A DNA stretch of 64,000 nt from Leptogorgia sarmentosa. Its lineage: Eukaryota. Below the pieces are notes generated by a model. It saw nothing but the letters and a program-made list of their open reading frames with translations, was not told the origin of the DNA and ran no database searches. The stretch spans positions 18,972,001-19,036,000 of the forward strand of contig OZ210885.1 in assembly GCA_964658305.1 (NCBI GenBank), in the 5' to 3' direction. Shown piece by piece: positions 23,574-35,834 of this stretch. Within the stretch, counting starts at the first letter, position 1; each line of letters starts with the position of its first letter. A program made the translations under genes and the position numbers.

Positions 23574-26168
23574 CAGGGCTCTCATTTTTAAGGAAATTTC
23601 CTTAAACTGAGGAAATTTTGACCTTTTTAAGGAGATTTTTAAGGAAATAGAATTTCTAAGGAAGTTTTAAGGAATTTTGAGTTAAGTACACAGAACTGCA
23701 GATTCTTGATTGAAACACTTTATATTCTTCAGAAACTGCTGAATAATGACATCCTTGAAACAACTCCAAAGCAAAATTGATTAAAACGTAAAACGAACCC
23801 ACTTAATACACATACTGATTGTTATACCTATATAAACGTTCATACTCTGTTCGAGTTCGTGTAATTAATATGTTCGCCTTTCGCATACCCCCCGTCGCAA
23901 TCATAGCGAAGGCACTTTTGTTGCATTTTTTCACAACAGGTGTAGTATTAGTTTCTAGTCATCAATCAAAAGTTTTTCAGCTATGTGCTTGTGAGCCTCG
24001 CTGTCAGTAGCATCACTCTTAACATCTTTCACCATGCGAAGGAATTCTGCATCTAGTTTCATCTGGTGCGCGTGAGTGTCGTGTGCTTTCATGCCCTCAT
24101 GAGTGTGCATCAGCCCAACAAGTGTCTCTCTTTTCAAGGCATTTCTCGAATGGGTCTTTATTAAATTCAGCAGACTGAAAACTCTCTCCACGGAAGCATT
24201 TGAGAATGGTAAAGACATCATGCAAGCGACAACTTTACGAAGGTTCGGATACTTCAGAGATCCGTTGATGGCCTTTGCGTTCAGTCGTTTCTGCCAGAAA
24301 ACAATGGATGATTCATCTGGCAATAATTCTGCGGACTCTTCCAGCGACTGTTTCCTCCATTCCAAATCAGCACTAATAACATTTGCCACCTCTGCCAGGT
24401 ATGGAAACGTTGAGAAAAGCTCGTGCAGTGATGTAGGTGAACATTTGACGGCATTGCTTGGAATAAGGAACTCAACCAATCTAAATATTGGGGACTTCAT
24501 GTCAAACCGTGATCTAATTTGCTTTATCAGTTCAACGAGGAAATCTAGACAACTCTGTTTAACCCGTAGTACGGAAGCTGGGTCATTCTTCAGTTCGTTT
24601 AATGTTGTCGTTGCAAGGATTCCCACATATACTTTTTCCAAAGGCACTCTAATTTCTGCGCGGTCTACATCAATGATGAAGGGATCTTGTTTTCTGACCA
24701 CATCCAAAATTATAAAATCACTCAGGATATCTCGCAGTAACTTTCCAACTTCTTCTCTGAGATGATGCAGCATGGGTTCTGTTGTTTGAAACTTGGTATT
24801 AAACTCGTTAAGTCGACGCAGCTGAGCACTTAAAAACTCTAATTGAGCAAGAACAAATTTATTGTTCAAGCCATTCAGAATGCTCTCTGTCGTGTAAGAG
24901 GGATCTTTCTTCTCTGCCACAAAACTAACGAAATACAGACGAAGGGCCTCCCATTGCTCTAAAAGTCTTGTCACGCAGCTCTCTAACGATAACCATCTTG
25001 TCTGCGATAATTTCAACAATTTGTGAGGTTGCACTTCGACAAACTCTTGAAATTGCTCAAAATCTTTTTGTCTCAGAGCTGACCGGCTGAAGTGGGAGTA
25101 GATGTTTCTACACAAATCTTCGAGGGTTGTAGACAACTTCAAGCATGCGTAAGATGCGCAGAGATGAATCATATGACAACTGCATTTAATGGTGGCAACA
25201 TGTGACAAATCTTTCTTCAGAAGAGTTGCAACTCTTAAATTTTCCCCATACATAACATTGCAGGTATCTGAAGAATACCCAATGATGTTGGAAAGAGGTA
25301 TTGATTTTTCTTGAAGCGAGACTTTCATTGATTGATACAGTCCTTGTGCTCCTGTATCAATGGCCTCGACAATATCGAGAAACCTATTGACTGGTTTTAG
25401 GTCATCATCGACATACATAACGCAAATCGCCAACTGCTTTGCTGTTGATACATCTGTTGTCTCGTCTGGTATGATGCTGAATCGCCTTTGTCTTAGTATC
25501 TCGACCAATTCTTTCGCATAAAAAAGTCCGACGCCTTGGCGGACTATGTTTGTGCACTTGGTAGCTCCCAGCTTCATTTCTTGAAGGGATTTAGCTTCCT
25601 GGATATTCTGTGGTGCTCTTGATTTTAGCAGCTCGAGAAGGGGTGCACTGATAGTAAGAGATAGATTGTGTTCGGCGATGAAAGCAGCCAATTGAACTGT
25701 AGTGGTCTCTTTGTATGAGCTGGTATTCTTTTGCTTTTGAAGACTTGCTTGAATGTTGACCTGATTCGATGCACTAGAGGAAGCTTGCTTGTGCTGAGCT
25801 GATTCCCGGTGTCTTTGGAGCGCAGTTTTCGAACACGAAATTTTCTTTTGGCAAACCTTGCACGATGGATCGTCGTTCGCATTCATTGGTGCCACAAGCC
25901 AATGCTTAAAATCAAGATCTTTTAACCACTCTGCACGAAATTTTTGTTTATACCTTTTGCGTATAATTTTAGCTTTTTTTGGCGCGCTCAACTCGGCATC
26001 ATTATCAGATGAATCCATTGATGAATCAAAGTCCGCCATTTTCCAATATTTTCCCGCCTTTTCTAGCCACCTCGGAAACTGGGGCGAGTCTAAGGAATTT
26101 TTTGTCGATCTAAGGAAATTTTAACGCTCAATGTAAGGAATTTTTAGTGTGCCGTTCTGAGAGCCCTG
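23574..26168 (-). mobile_element. Apparently intact autonomous hAT transposon
   Basis: TIR CAGGGCTCTCA, 8-bp TSD CTCGCAGC (23566-23573 and 26169-26176), subterminal (T)AAGGAA(A)TTT repeats at both ends, uninterrupted ORF. Confidence 0.96.
23955..26039 (-). CDS. hAT transposase (ZNF862/ZMYM-like subgroup), 694 aa
   Basis: CKVC..H....H finger, IIPDETTDVS, YSSDTCNVM, CSCH (C(2)H), QTRWLS, LPFSNASVERVFS. Confidence 0.93.
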   Translation of the reverse strand: MADFDSSMDSSDNDAELSAPKKAKIIRKRYKQKFRAEWLKDLDFKHWLVAPMNANDDPSCKVCQKKISCSKTALQRHRESAQHKQASSSASNQVNIQASLQKQKNTSSYKETTTVQLAAFIAEHNLSLTISAPLLELLKSRAPQNIQEAKSLQEMKLGATKCTNIVRQGVGLFYAKELVEILRQRRFSIIPDETTDVSTAKQLAICVMYVDDDLKPVNRFLDIVEAIDTGAQGLYQSMKVSLQEKSIPLSNIIGYSSDTCNVMYGENLRVATLLKKDLSHVATIKCSCHMIHLCASYACLKLSTTLEDLCRNIYSHFSRSALRQKDFEQFQEFVEVQPHKLLKLSQTRWLSLESCVTRLLEQWEALRLYFVSFVAEKKDPSYTTESILNGLNNKFVLAQLEFLSAQLRRLNEFNTKFQTTEPMLHHLREEVGKLLRDILSDFIILDVVRKQDPFIIDVDRAEIRVPLEKVYVGILATTTLNELKNDPASVLRVKQSCLDFLVELIKQIRSRFDMKSPIFRLVEFLIPSNAVKCSPTSLHELFSTFPYLAEVANVISADLEWRKQSLEESAELLPDESSIVFWQKRLNAKAINGSLKYPNLRKVVACMMSLPFSNASVERVFSLLNLIKTHSRNALKRETLVGLMHTHEGMKAHDTHAHQMKLDAEFLRMVKDVKSDATDSEAHKHIAEKLLIDD

Positions 26169-26429
26169 CTCGCAGCACAATGTCGCCTGTAGATTTTATA
26201 CAGCGCAGCTTTCCTTCAGTGATAAATTTATATTTATCACATTGTTGCTTAGTCATTCTTTTCTGTCTTTCTAAAGCACTGTCTGATACAGGTTTCAATT
26301 TTTGATGGCCAAGTTTGATTGTTGGGGCACAGTCAATATCGTCCTCATCATATAACTGATTTACTTGGACAACCTGCAACAACAGTCATTCCTTCTATAA
26401 TACATCAGTCGAAATATGTTGCCTAGAGA

Positions 26430-27006
26430 CCATAATTCACCAATGATTTTCGAAATGAAACAAAACAAACATTTTTGATCCTGTCTGAACGGTTGAAACA
26501 GTGATATACTGCACAACAACTTGGCACTTTAAAATCATTTAATGTTCCCATCACTGCTCTTGCTGGAACAGCAAACATTGGATTGCATTAAGAATACCCT
26601 TCACATGATCAACCGGAAGATTATTAGACTGCCATGCAGAAGACATATTCTTGCATATTCTGTTGTAATAAAAAAAGACAAAGCCAAGAAACAAGTATCG
26701 GCCATTATTGCAACAGAGCATTGTGCTACACTCAAGCAGAGTCAGTTGAAATGGCATACAATTTCGAAAGAGCAAGGAATCACAGCCACTTTCTACCATG
26801 CAGGTTTGGATAGTGGAGAACGTGCACAAAACGTTTTACCCTGGCTTAATGGCATTGTGAATGTGATATGTTGCACTAATGCATTTGGAATGGGAATAGA
26901 CAAACCAGATGTGCAGTTTGTAATACATCTAACAGTTCCGTCATCTATTGAAGATTATGTGCAAGAATCTGGGAGAGGTGGACGCGATGGCGATAATACG
27001 AGTTAA
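26430..27006 (+). pseudogene. Second RecQ-family helicase fragment
   Basis: PITALAGT, FYHAGL, ICCTNAFGMGIDKPDV.FVIH..P.SIEDYVQESGRGGRDG. Confidence 0.85.
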
Positions 27007-27159
27007 TAGTTAGTATCTGACTACACAGTCCAGTTAGTTTACTACACAGTGAGAAATAAAGCAAAGCACACCGTGTGCAATGTCCTGACCTAATTACTTG
27101 TAATAGTGAAATTAAATAGCATATATTGGTTAAGGTTTTTGTTTGTATTGAATGTACTT

Positions 27160-28138
27160 TAGGACGTAGCTGTACAGTGTCACAGAACGTGCAATAAGTG
27201 TGGTGTTCTTGAAAACAAGAACATGACTACGGGAATTTATGGCTGGGGGCAAAGCATAAACTGCAGCTTATCAGGACTGAATTGGACAGCTCCAAGAAAT
27301 ATGTGCCTAAGCAAGGTAATTTCTATTTTTGTATTCTTGAAATTAGATATTAGGAAAAGATGTGCAGGCTAAATTCAGGATATTCACCATGCAATGAGGG
27401 TGGCCAGGATAGTCAGACGGTGTTGGAGTTTGCATTCTAAATAATGTGCCATAAAGGGTGTTTACTTTTCAGGGTTTGCTATATCTAGTAGGGCTTAAAC
27501 AAAGCAGCGCATGAAGCTGTTTGTGTTTGCCATTGATTGTGTGTAAACTTGTAAAAGTGAGTAGGTGGGTTATAAACATAATAATCTAATAACCAATTTC
27601 TTTTTGGTTAATGAATTCATCATGAGAGTGATGGCATGAATACAATGGCCACAAGTAGCACTACTGTGATTGATGATGACTGCCAAGATTTACAATGTGA
27701 TCACGAATACATGCCAAGTGACCCATGTGAAGAATCTGAAAGTAATATTGAAGATGATCAGATGTATGAGACAGAGGCAAATGAAGGTTGCACAACCACT
27801 GACATGGACACAGATACTGAGCAGCCAAGAAGGTAAAAATTGTATCTGGTGGATAAGAATTATTTTTTAGTAGACTTATTGATTTACATTACTGGCCAAA
27901 CTGAAGTGGAGTTGAATAAATCACCCCAGTGGTAAATGACTGGTAGGAATGGCATTCTACCTTTTGGTGTTTACTGAACTATACAATAAGACATGCTCTA
28001 TTTATTTTGTGAATATGAAGTAATATTATAGATTAAATTGAGTTTATTTTCCCCTGCAGAGTTTACAACAAAGATACCAATATTATAATAACAGAGCCAA
28101 AATTTATTATCTTCTACACTGAACTATTGGCTCTTTTC
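27160..28138 (+). pseudogene. Probable 5' exons of a plus-strand Kolobok transposase
   Basis: Acidic exon (27636-27832) and an EPKFIIFYTELLALF motif ending at the IS3EU junction, in the same exon order as the first Kolobok. Confidence 0.5.
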
Positions 28139-28338
28139 TACGATGGCCGAGAAGGGCCATTACTATTTTCATGTCATTTTTCCGCAGTGATTGAATTTCA
28201 CACTGTCATTTTTTTCTGCGTTGTCATTTTTTTCGCCACGAGTAAAATTTCACAATGTCATTTTTTCATTCGACGTGGGCATGTTCATTTTTCATTCTTT
28301 TAGTTATATTGCTGTCAATAGATTGATATTGCCATGTC

Positions 28339-29607
28339 ATGTTTATCATGTGTTTCGTTTCTTTTAGGTTTGTAGTAGTTGTGCTTGCGACGTTTGTCTG
28401 CCAAGGCAGCTGTGTTTTGCCAAACTATACCCCAGCTTTGCAACACAATCAAAATGATATAGTAGCCATAATAACAGATTATTTTAAACAAGGATACAGT
28501 AACGCAGAAATTTTGGGATTTCTTGGACTTACTCATGGGGTTGCTATTGGCATGTGTACCTTAAAACGCTGGCTGAACATATTAGGGTTGAAAAGGCAAA
28601 GAAGAGGAGAAGAAGCTCAGTTAGAGGAAATAGTGTCAGCCATATTAAAAGAAATGAACGAATATGTTGGATCTCGTGTTGAGTACAGGGAAATGACCAG
28701 GAGACTGAGAATAAAACATGGGCTAAAAGTAACACGTGACACTGTCATGCGTGCTATGAGGGTGATCGACTCTGATGGGGCTCAAAATCGGAGGCGGCAC
28801 CGTCTGCAAAGAAGGCGATACTCTACACCTGGACTGAACTTTGTTTGGCATCTGGATGGCTGGGACAAACTCAAGCCATATGGCTTCTGCGTCCATGGCT
28901 GTGTTGACGGTTTTTCAAGGAGAATTCTTTGGCTCGAAGTAGCGTCTTCCAACAAAGATCCGAAAGTAGTTGCCGACTATTTTTTAACCACTGTACAACC
29001 ACTGCTTATCCGGTCAGATAAGGGAACAGAAAATACATGGATTGCTGTACTACAGAAGATGTTTAGAATGAATGATAGGGATGGGATTGCAGGACCAAGT
29101 AGCAACATCCAAGGAAAAAGTACTGCAAATCAGAGGATAGAAGCATTCTGGTCTAAGCTAAAACAAGGTGGTGGTGGATGGTGGGTGAACTTTTTCAAGG
29201 ACTTAAGAGACAGTGGGATTTATAGAGACCACAACCCACTTCATAGAGAATGCCTAAAATTGTGTTTTATGAATGTTTTAAGGCAAGAACTATATTCAGT
29301 GGCAAAGTTGTGGAATACCAAGCGACTTGAAGTGAAAAGAAACGAAGTGGATGTATTTGGCGGAAAACCTGACGTGATGTTCTTCCTCCCTGCTGTATAT
29401 TTAACCAGAAGTTATTTAGTCAAAACTGACGAAGGAGACATGCGAATATGTAAAGACTTGTACACCCAACAACGGCGTGATTATTCAGTTGAAATTGAGG
29501 ACCTCGTAGCGGTCATCGTGCCTGGCTACAGAATTCCTGCTGATTCAGGAGAGGCATTACACCTTTTTGTTAGAATTACAACTGAGCTGGATCGCCTGGA
29601 GTTATAA
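28339..29607 (+). CDS. IS3EU-like integrase-core transposase (HTH + DDE), 422 aa; may lack a few residues before the second Asp
   Basis: WHLDGWDKLKPYGFCVHGCVDGFSRRILWL, IRSDKGTEN, GKSTANQRIEAFWS. Confidence 0.85.
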   Translation: MFIMCFVSFRFVVVVLATFVCQGSCVLPNYTPALQHNQNDIVAIITDYFKQGYSNAEILGFLGLTHGVAIGMCTLKRWLNILGLKRQRRGEEAQLEEIVSAILKEMNEYVGSRVEYREMTRRLRIKHGLKVTRDTVMRAMRVIDSDGAQNRRRHRLQRRRYSTPGLNFVWHLDGWDKLKPYGFCVHGCVDGFSRRILWLEVASSNKDPKVVADYFLTTVQPLLIRSDKGTENTWIAVLQKMFRMNDRDGIAGPSSNIQGKSTANQRIEAFWSKLKQGGGGWWVNFFKDLRDSGIYRDHNPLHRECLKLCFMNVLRQELYSVAKLWNTKRLEVKRNEVDVFGGKPDVMFFLPAVYLTRSYLVKTDEGDMRICKDLYTQQRRDYSVEIEDLVAVIVPGYRIPADSGEALHLFVRITTELDRLEL

Positions 29608-30160
29608 TCTAGTTGTGTTTTCTTATACCAAACTAAATATGTAAATGCTGATTTTAAGATTGGTGCACTAACCTTCATGCAATGGTAACATCGATGGACC
29701 TCAACCTAGTGGTAGGGTGTAACACGTAAAAGCGTCGCGTTTTACGTTATAGCACGGGCAAAGTAATCCAAATAAACATCGACGTTACCAATCAAGGTCA
29801 CAGCACCTTGTTCTTTTTTCTTTTAATTATTTTTAAAAGGTTAGATCATAATTTAAAGGGATTAGACAGTTTCCCATTTTAAGTTTTGAACCGCCTACAG
29901 TAAATGCAAAAATAATAAAACTTATTAAAACACAACTCTCCAAATCCATATTTTCATAATTTTAAACATAATATAAACAAATGGTTATTTCTGTATAAAT
30001 TGAACTGTAGTTACATGTTGATACAGTACATTCTATGTTTGAAACGTTTGGAAAATTAACTGTTCAAGAAACAGAATATCTAACTACAACAAGTATATAA
30101 CTGTTTTATTTCTAGTCTAGAATATTTAGTTTGTTTTACACTGTATGTAATTGTTTTCAT

Positions 30161-32282
30161 TTACAAATACTTAAGAATGTTAATGGCATCTGGCCTTTCT
30201 GAAGCATTATAATCAAAACACTTGACAAGAATGTCTTTAACACGTACAGTCTCTGGAGAAAATTGCTGCAAAGCTTTTGGATGCTCTTTTGCTTTCAAGC
30301 AATGATAGATCGCACCACAGCCCGGGGGTACACTCTCATCTTCATGTTCGTCATCTTCATTCTCGACATCCGAATCTTCTAATTGTCCCCAGCAGTCTTT
30401 ACCGGTAAACAATTCAACAAGAGTGCACACCAGTGACCACACATCCACTTTCGTAGTTGGTTTCATCTTTTGGAGAAGGCATTTGGGAGACATGTAATTC
30501 GGTGTACCTGCAACGCTCGCAATCGAAACATGAGTCCCATATCGCATAGCTTTGTAATATACGATCCAATTGCCACTAGGACATTGGCAGGTTTAATGTC
30601 CCTGTGCAGAATGGGTGGTTTTAAATTGTGCAGATATGCCACTGCTTGAGTTATCTGCTGACCCATGAATGGTTTCTTGTCATCAGTTATGGTGAATGCT
30701 CGTGTGTCATCTTCATCACTTGAGAAAAGCAGTTCATCCAAGTTTGAACCGTCAACTAGTTCCGAAACAATGTAGACAGCACTCTTTCCCATCGCCACTG
30801 CCATAATCTGCACAATATTTGGATGTCGTATCTTGCTGTGTACATGAATCTCTGACTGAATAACAGACTTCATCATCTTCATCTGTCTCACTTTCATCTG
30901 TTTTACTGCAATAGCAGTGCCGGCCCAAGATGCCTTGTAGACAGCTCCGAATGTTCCCCTCCCAATCTCGTCCAGTTTCGGATCGTATTGTAGATCCTGT
31001 CTGTCAATGAAAGGAACACCATATGAAACTGTATCAGCGGATGGTTTCCTTAGTAACACCACTTTATCTTCTTCGTTACCACTAGCAGACTTCCTTCGTT
31101 CCTTAGCTCCAGCAGTAGACACAACTGACAAAATATAGCACTTGACAATCTGTACTGCCGCAGAGGTTTGTTCTTGGTTACCACACTGCACTTTTACACT
31201 GTACTCGCCTTCTTCATTTACAGCTAAACAGCACAAATTGGGGCCCTCGTTGCACACACTACCGTCCTGGTACCATGTATACATTGCACAATCGGGAAAT
31301 TATGTGATGACTGCAAGTATAAGTTGATTATTATCGTATCCCCATATCTCCAAAGGATGGTGCAAGATCAAAGAGGCTTGCCGTATGTCAGCCATAGGGA
31401 ACTTGTAGGTGCTGGAAAGCTGAGAAGCTTGATCGTTATTCATGTCTTGAATGTCAGCTTCAATTTCTCTTACAACTTTTCTAAAATACTGTTTTTCTCC
31501 CTTTGAAATGCTGCTAATGGTAAAATTCGACTCAGGGGGTTGAAATTCTGCCAGCGGTGTATCTAGTAGGGTGAAGTCGTTTGTAGACACGATTTCGTAG
31601 CAATGCTGCCTGGAAAAAGATGAAATAATGACAGATTGGCCAGAGTAAGATGAACGAGATGAAAACTCATATTGGATGAGCAGGCTATGATTATCCAGCC
31701 ACTGGCAAGTGCACGCTTTTATTTTCCCCGTCACAGCAAAAGGCAATAACACTTGGTTTTCAGAAAACGATACCATTGACGAGCTTGATCGCGACTGGTC
31801 TGGGCCATCGGAACTCCTTGCTAGCACCACATTCTTGACAACCACATTATCATCCTCAGTAAACAGTTGTGACTCACTGGCAAGTGATTGATCGACATTG
31901 TTTACAGTCTTTGCAGTTGTCATCAAATACAGGTGGGTATGGCTGGAGTACAGCCCGTATGACTTGAGGTACTCGGGATAGGTAACTTCATTTCCGTCGC
32001 GATCGTAAAATGACTCGATTGGCCTTGTTGAAAATTACCTAATCCTACTTTCATTTCTGAAAGGGATCCACACTTTGACTTTCCTCCAGGGAAAAACAGC
32101 TCCTTTGCCCTGTCCAGTAAGAAGTCAGCTGTCACAACCTCATTTGAGTACTCAATTCTTCGTAGTCCCCCGCCATTATTAAGTTTAACTCGCTTGTACT
32201 TTGAACTTTTATCTGGTCTATGCAACCAACCAATGATTACTTTGTAGCTCTTCCTGGTTGCCTTTTCATTATGCTTTGATCT
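30161..32282 (-). pseudogene. Cargo gene: GWLH/GGG-motif domain, possible Ig-like segment and a Ser/Thr (TKL-like) protein kinase, frameshifted
   Basis: IGWLH..KYKRV...GGGLRR...KELFFPGG (31923-32240), YTWYQDG..EGEYSVKVQC, IGRGTFGAVY, AVK, HRDIKPANVL, KLCDMGL, AGTPNYMSP, DVWS, ERP. Confidence 0.85.
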
Positions 32283-34248
32283 CTGATAAAATGCAATTTA
32301 AACCTTAGTATAAGTGTTCGTCAATCGTCGTCATTTATAATTCTAAATATTCACTGTGGGTCATGTTGTTTTGACAACTACAAACATAAGGCTGAATATT
32401 TCTTATAATTCATACAAGTCCATATAAACAGAATTGCTACAGTAAACTCTATATATATCACCTCAAGGACAAGCAAAAATGTAAAGAAACTGGAGACTGT
32501 GCCCAATAAAAGTATCAATGAAAGAGTTGGGCACAGTCTTGCCCCCAAAAGGGTTAAAATGGAAATATTTCACTACCCTAAAGTTTTACGAACTTGGTCT
32601 TCATATAATATTACAATACAATTATTATACATAAACATGGATGTAATTAATAAAATGACTGGATCATTAGGGAACATGGTCATACAAACTGCTGAAAAAT
32701 TTGCAAGTCGCAAGTGAATGTACCTTAGAAACGGGTACATCAGCATTCATAGCTATTTTTTCTTTTGTCCTTATCTTGGATACTAGATGTTGTATATATT
32801 TTGCTCGTTCTGCTGTAACAAAAGTATGAATAGATTAACTGCCACGATAGGATGGTAAAATATATTAATAATTGTTACAAGGAAATATAGGAAATCATTT
32901 TGTTGGTACTTCTCTATAAAAAATACTCGCTTCAATTATGGTGTAAAACCATTGTGTAAAACGACTTAAAGACAAAATATCTGCCATAGTGAAACGTTAC
33001 CGTTGCCATAGTAACGATAGTTGCATGACAATTCGATAAAAAATTCTACTGGCTCATGTTGTTTTCTTGAAAATATCATAATAGTTTTCCAATAGAATTA
33101 TATTGAGAGCCAAGTTAAAATATTATTAATGTCTTTATGCTCACCATCTGATTGATGATTGTCACAATTACTACGGCCACATGGTTCCTAGCAAACAAGA
33201 AAGACTTCTGTCGTCAATAAATTATAAATAGTAATACATCAGTGTGGCAATGATTAATACGGGACCATAATCATAAATTCGCCAATATTTAGTTTACTGG
33301 ATTCTAGACACCGACGTATTAACATAAAAAACCCATAAACGCAATGAGTTGAACGTAATGGTAGAGGGCTGCCATCAGGTTGTATTTGCTCACTTTGATG
33401 ATATTACATAAGTTCCAAATCAAATGCAAAAGACGACGAAAACAATTGCGTAAATCATCAAACTAAGACAGCCATGGCCTTATACACGATAGACCTTAAA
33501 ATAAGGCCTTTAAACACAATATTATAAAGCATATATTAGATTTAATACGTAAGTACATTTAACAGGGCATTGAAGCACATGGGGATGGCATGTATTTCAT
33601 TGTGAACATTGTAAGTAAATTGCATAAGGGTTTTAGTAGGTGTTGCACTGGCAAATTGTTAATTTGCAAAACCTAATAAGTCTGTAAATAGGCAGAGGAG
33701 TTTTCAAAACAATTGTCTATTATATGTGTAGAAAAAACTGTATCCTGCAATGCTGATATACTGGAAAGAGTATCAAGCAAAGATGATTGAAAAAGAAAAG
33801 GCCTCTGAAAATCCTTTGACCATTGCTGGGGATGGAAGATATGATTCCATGGGGCACAGTGCCAAGTACTGCGCATATACAACACTCTGCTGAACAGTAC
33901 CTCAAATTATCCACTTTTATCTTGTGCAGGTACAGTTAATGCATGGTATTCAAACAAAATTGCACAATTCCTGTAACCACTGCAAAATAATAAGTCAAAT
34001 CTTTCTATCCTATCCTCTTTCGAAACCAATTAATATATAAAGTTCCAATGTTTATTACAGTCTTTTTGTATCTCCAAATGACTGTGATTGATTGTTCCTG
34101 TTATTCAGTTATTGCTCCTTTAGTCCTTTTCATACGAAACTGATCATTTTATCATAATGATTTTAAATAAATAATGTTTACATGTACAGTATGTACACAT
34201 ATATGAAAATTTGGATTTGCCTCAACATTTCGTTTCCTGCTTCAAATA

Positions 34249-35834
34249 CAGGGTGTATAAAAAAAAGGTAATGCAATTTTGGCGTCTTATTGCGCCGTAG
34301 ATATGTTTATCGATAATTTTTTTTCACAGGAATAAAATTCAAGCCTTTAGCTTCTTACTGAACCATAACTTTGTCCCTTTTCGCGAAAATTAGACTTCAG
34401 GCAAGACAAATAAAAATTGACACTGAAAGTAAATCCCAAAGGGACTTTGAATAAATGAATTCTAATTAATTTGACGCCCTTATTAATTTATTTGCGAGTG
34501 CGCACGCAATGGTTCAACTAGCAAAAGAACAAAGAACGTTTCTAATAAAAAATATTACAAAACTAGGAGCTTGGAAAGAACCTGCGACTTGTTCAGGGAA
34601 CGTTTCCCTGATAGGCATCCTCTGGCATTGAAAACGATTTGGGCAAATGTGCTTAAGTTTGAAGTGCATGGTACCACCCTAAACAGAAACAAGAGAAACT
34701 CTGGCAGACGGTGAACCGGACGATCTGAGGAAAATATTGAAGCTGTAAGACAACTGGCAAACCATCCAACAGGTACAAGTTTGAGACGAAATGGACTCGG
34801 CCTCCCTTCTGCTACCTTCAATCAAATAACAAGACTTGATCTGAGCATGTATCCATACCGAATGCATATCCATCATCAACTCTTGCCTCAGGACTTTATT
34901 CGTCGAATGCGTTTTGCAAGATGGTTAATCAACCATTGCCAAAGAAATGAAGTGTTTCTCCGTTCCATTGTTGTTGGTGACGAGGCGGCTTTTGCCATGA
35001 ATGGGCAGGTAAATACGTGGAATGTACGTGAATACGCACCAGCCAGGCAACTACCAGAGTTCAATTTTGACTTGAATATCAGCCAGCAAAAGGTGACAGT
35101 ATGGTTGGCACTAAGTGGACATGGCGAGGTTTTTCTTCGAAAGAAATGTCAATGGGGCAAATTATCTGCAGATGATTAACAATGAGGTTGTCCCACAACT
35201 TCTGCAGCACTTCCAAATGCAAGCTGGCGGAGCCTTTCAACATCTCTGGTGGCTTCAGGATAGCGCACCTGCACACCGCCTCATTGCTGTTCAAGATCGT
35301 TTGCGAGAATTGTTTGACCATGGTGTCATCGCTCTCGGCCATAACATGGAATGGTCGCCAGGGTCTCCTGACCTCACACCGTGCGATTTTTTCCTTTGGG
35401 GTCATTTGAAAACAAGGTGTTTGCAACTCCGCCAAATGATATCTACGGCCAGAGGATCTGCATTCGCCGTGACATTGAGACGCTGAGGAATAATCCCACT
35501 ATGGTGAGAAGAACGGTTCAAGCAATGCTCAGTAGAACTCAGCTTTGTGTTGAGAGAGGCGGGGTCATGTTGAAGGCGTCGGAGCATAATTAGCAATAGT
35601 TTAATCTATGCACTGATAACCGAGTTCTTGTATAAATTCCTGTATAAATCATTAAAGTGTTGTGACCGGCTTTTAAGTCTATTTCCAGTTGTCGTTTTTA
35701 CTCTGAGAGTTTCATAAAAGCACTGATATGGCAACTGACTATATAACTGTGAAAATTTGAAATAGTCATCTCTTAACGAACGCTAACACGTTAAATTCGC
35801 TAAATTTGCATTACCTTTTTTTTTATACACCCTG
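34249..35834 (+). mobile_element. Tc1/mariner element of the maT (DD37D)-like group
   Basis: TIR CAGGGTGTATAAAAAAAAGGTAATGCAA and TA TSD (34247-48, 35835-36). Confidence 0.93.
34509..35593 (+). pseudogene. maT/DD37D-like transposase, with stops and frameshifts
   Basis: VVGDEAAF, WWLQDSAPAH, WSPGSPDLTPCDFFLWGHLK. Confidence 0.88.

Larger units (their letters stand above)
28139..32820. mobile_element. IS3EU-like DNA transposon (left end present, right end not found)
   Basis: Starts TACGATGGCCGAGAAGGG with subterminal TGTCATTTTT repeats. IS3/integrase-type transposase on plus and a convergent cargo gene on minus. Confidence 0.7.

Noticed and set aside
24103..24765. 220-aa plus-strand ORF and the many similar short ORFs opposite transposon genes
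   Set aside because: These are antisense shadows of real coding strands with no recognisable motifs.
26177..26400. THAP C-terminal remnant (LYDED.DCAPTIKLGH)
   Set aside because: Suggestive but too short and degraded to call as a feature.
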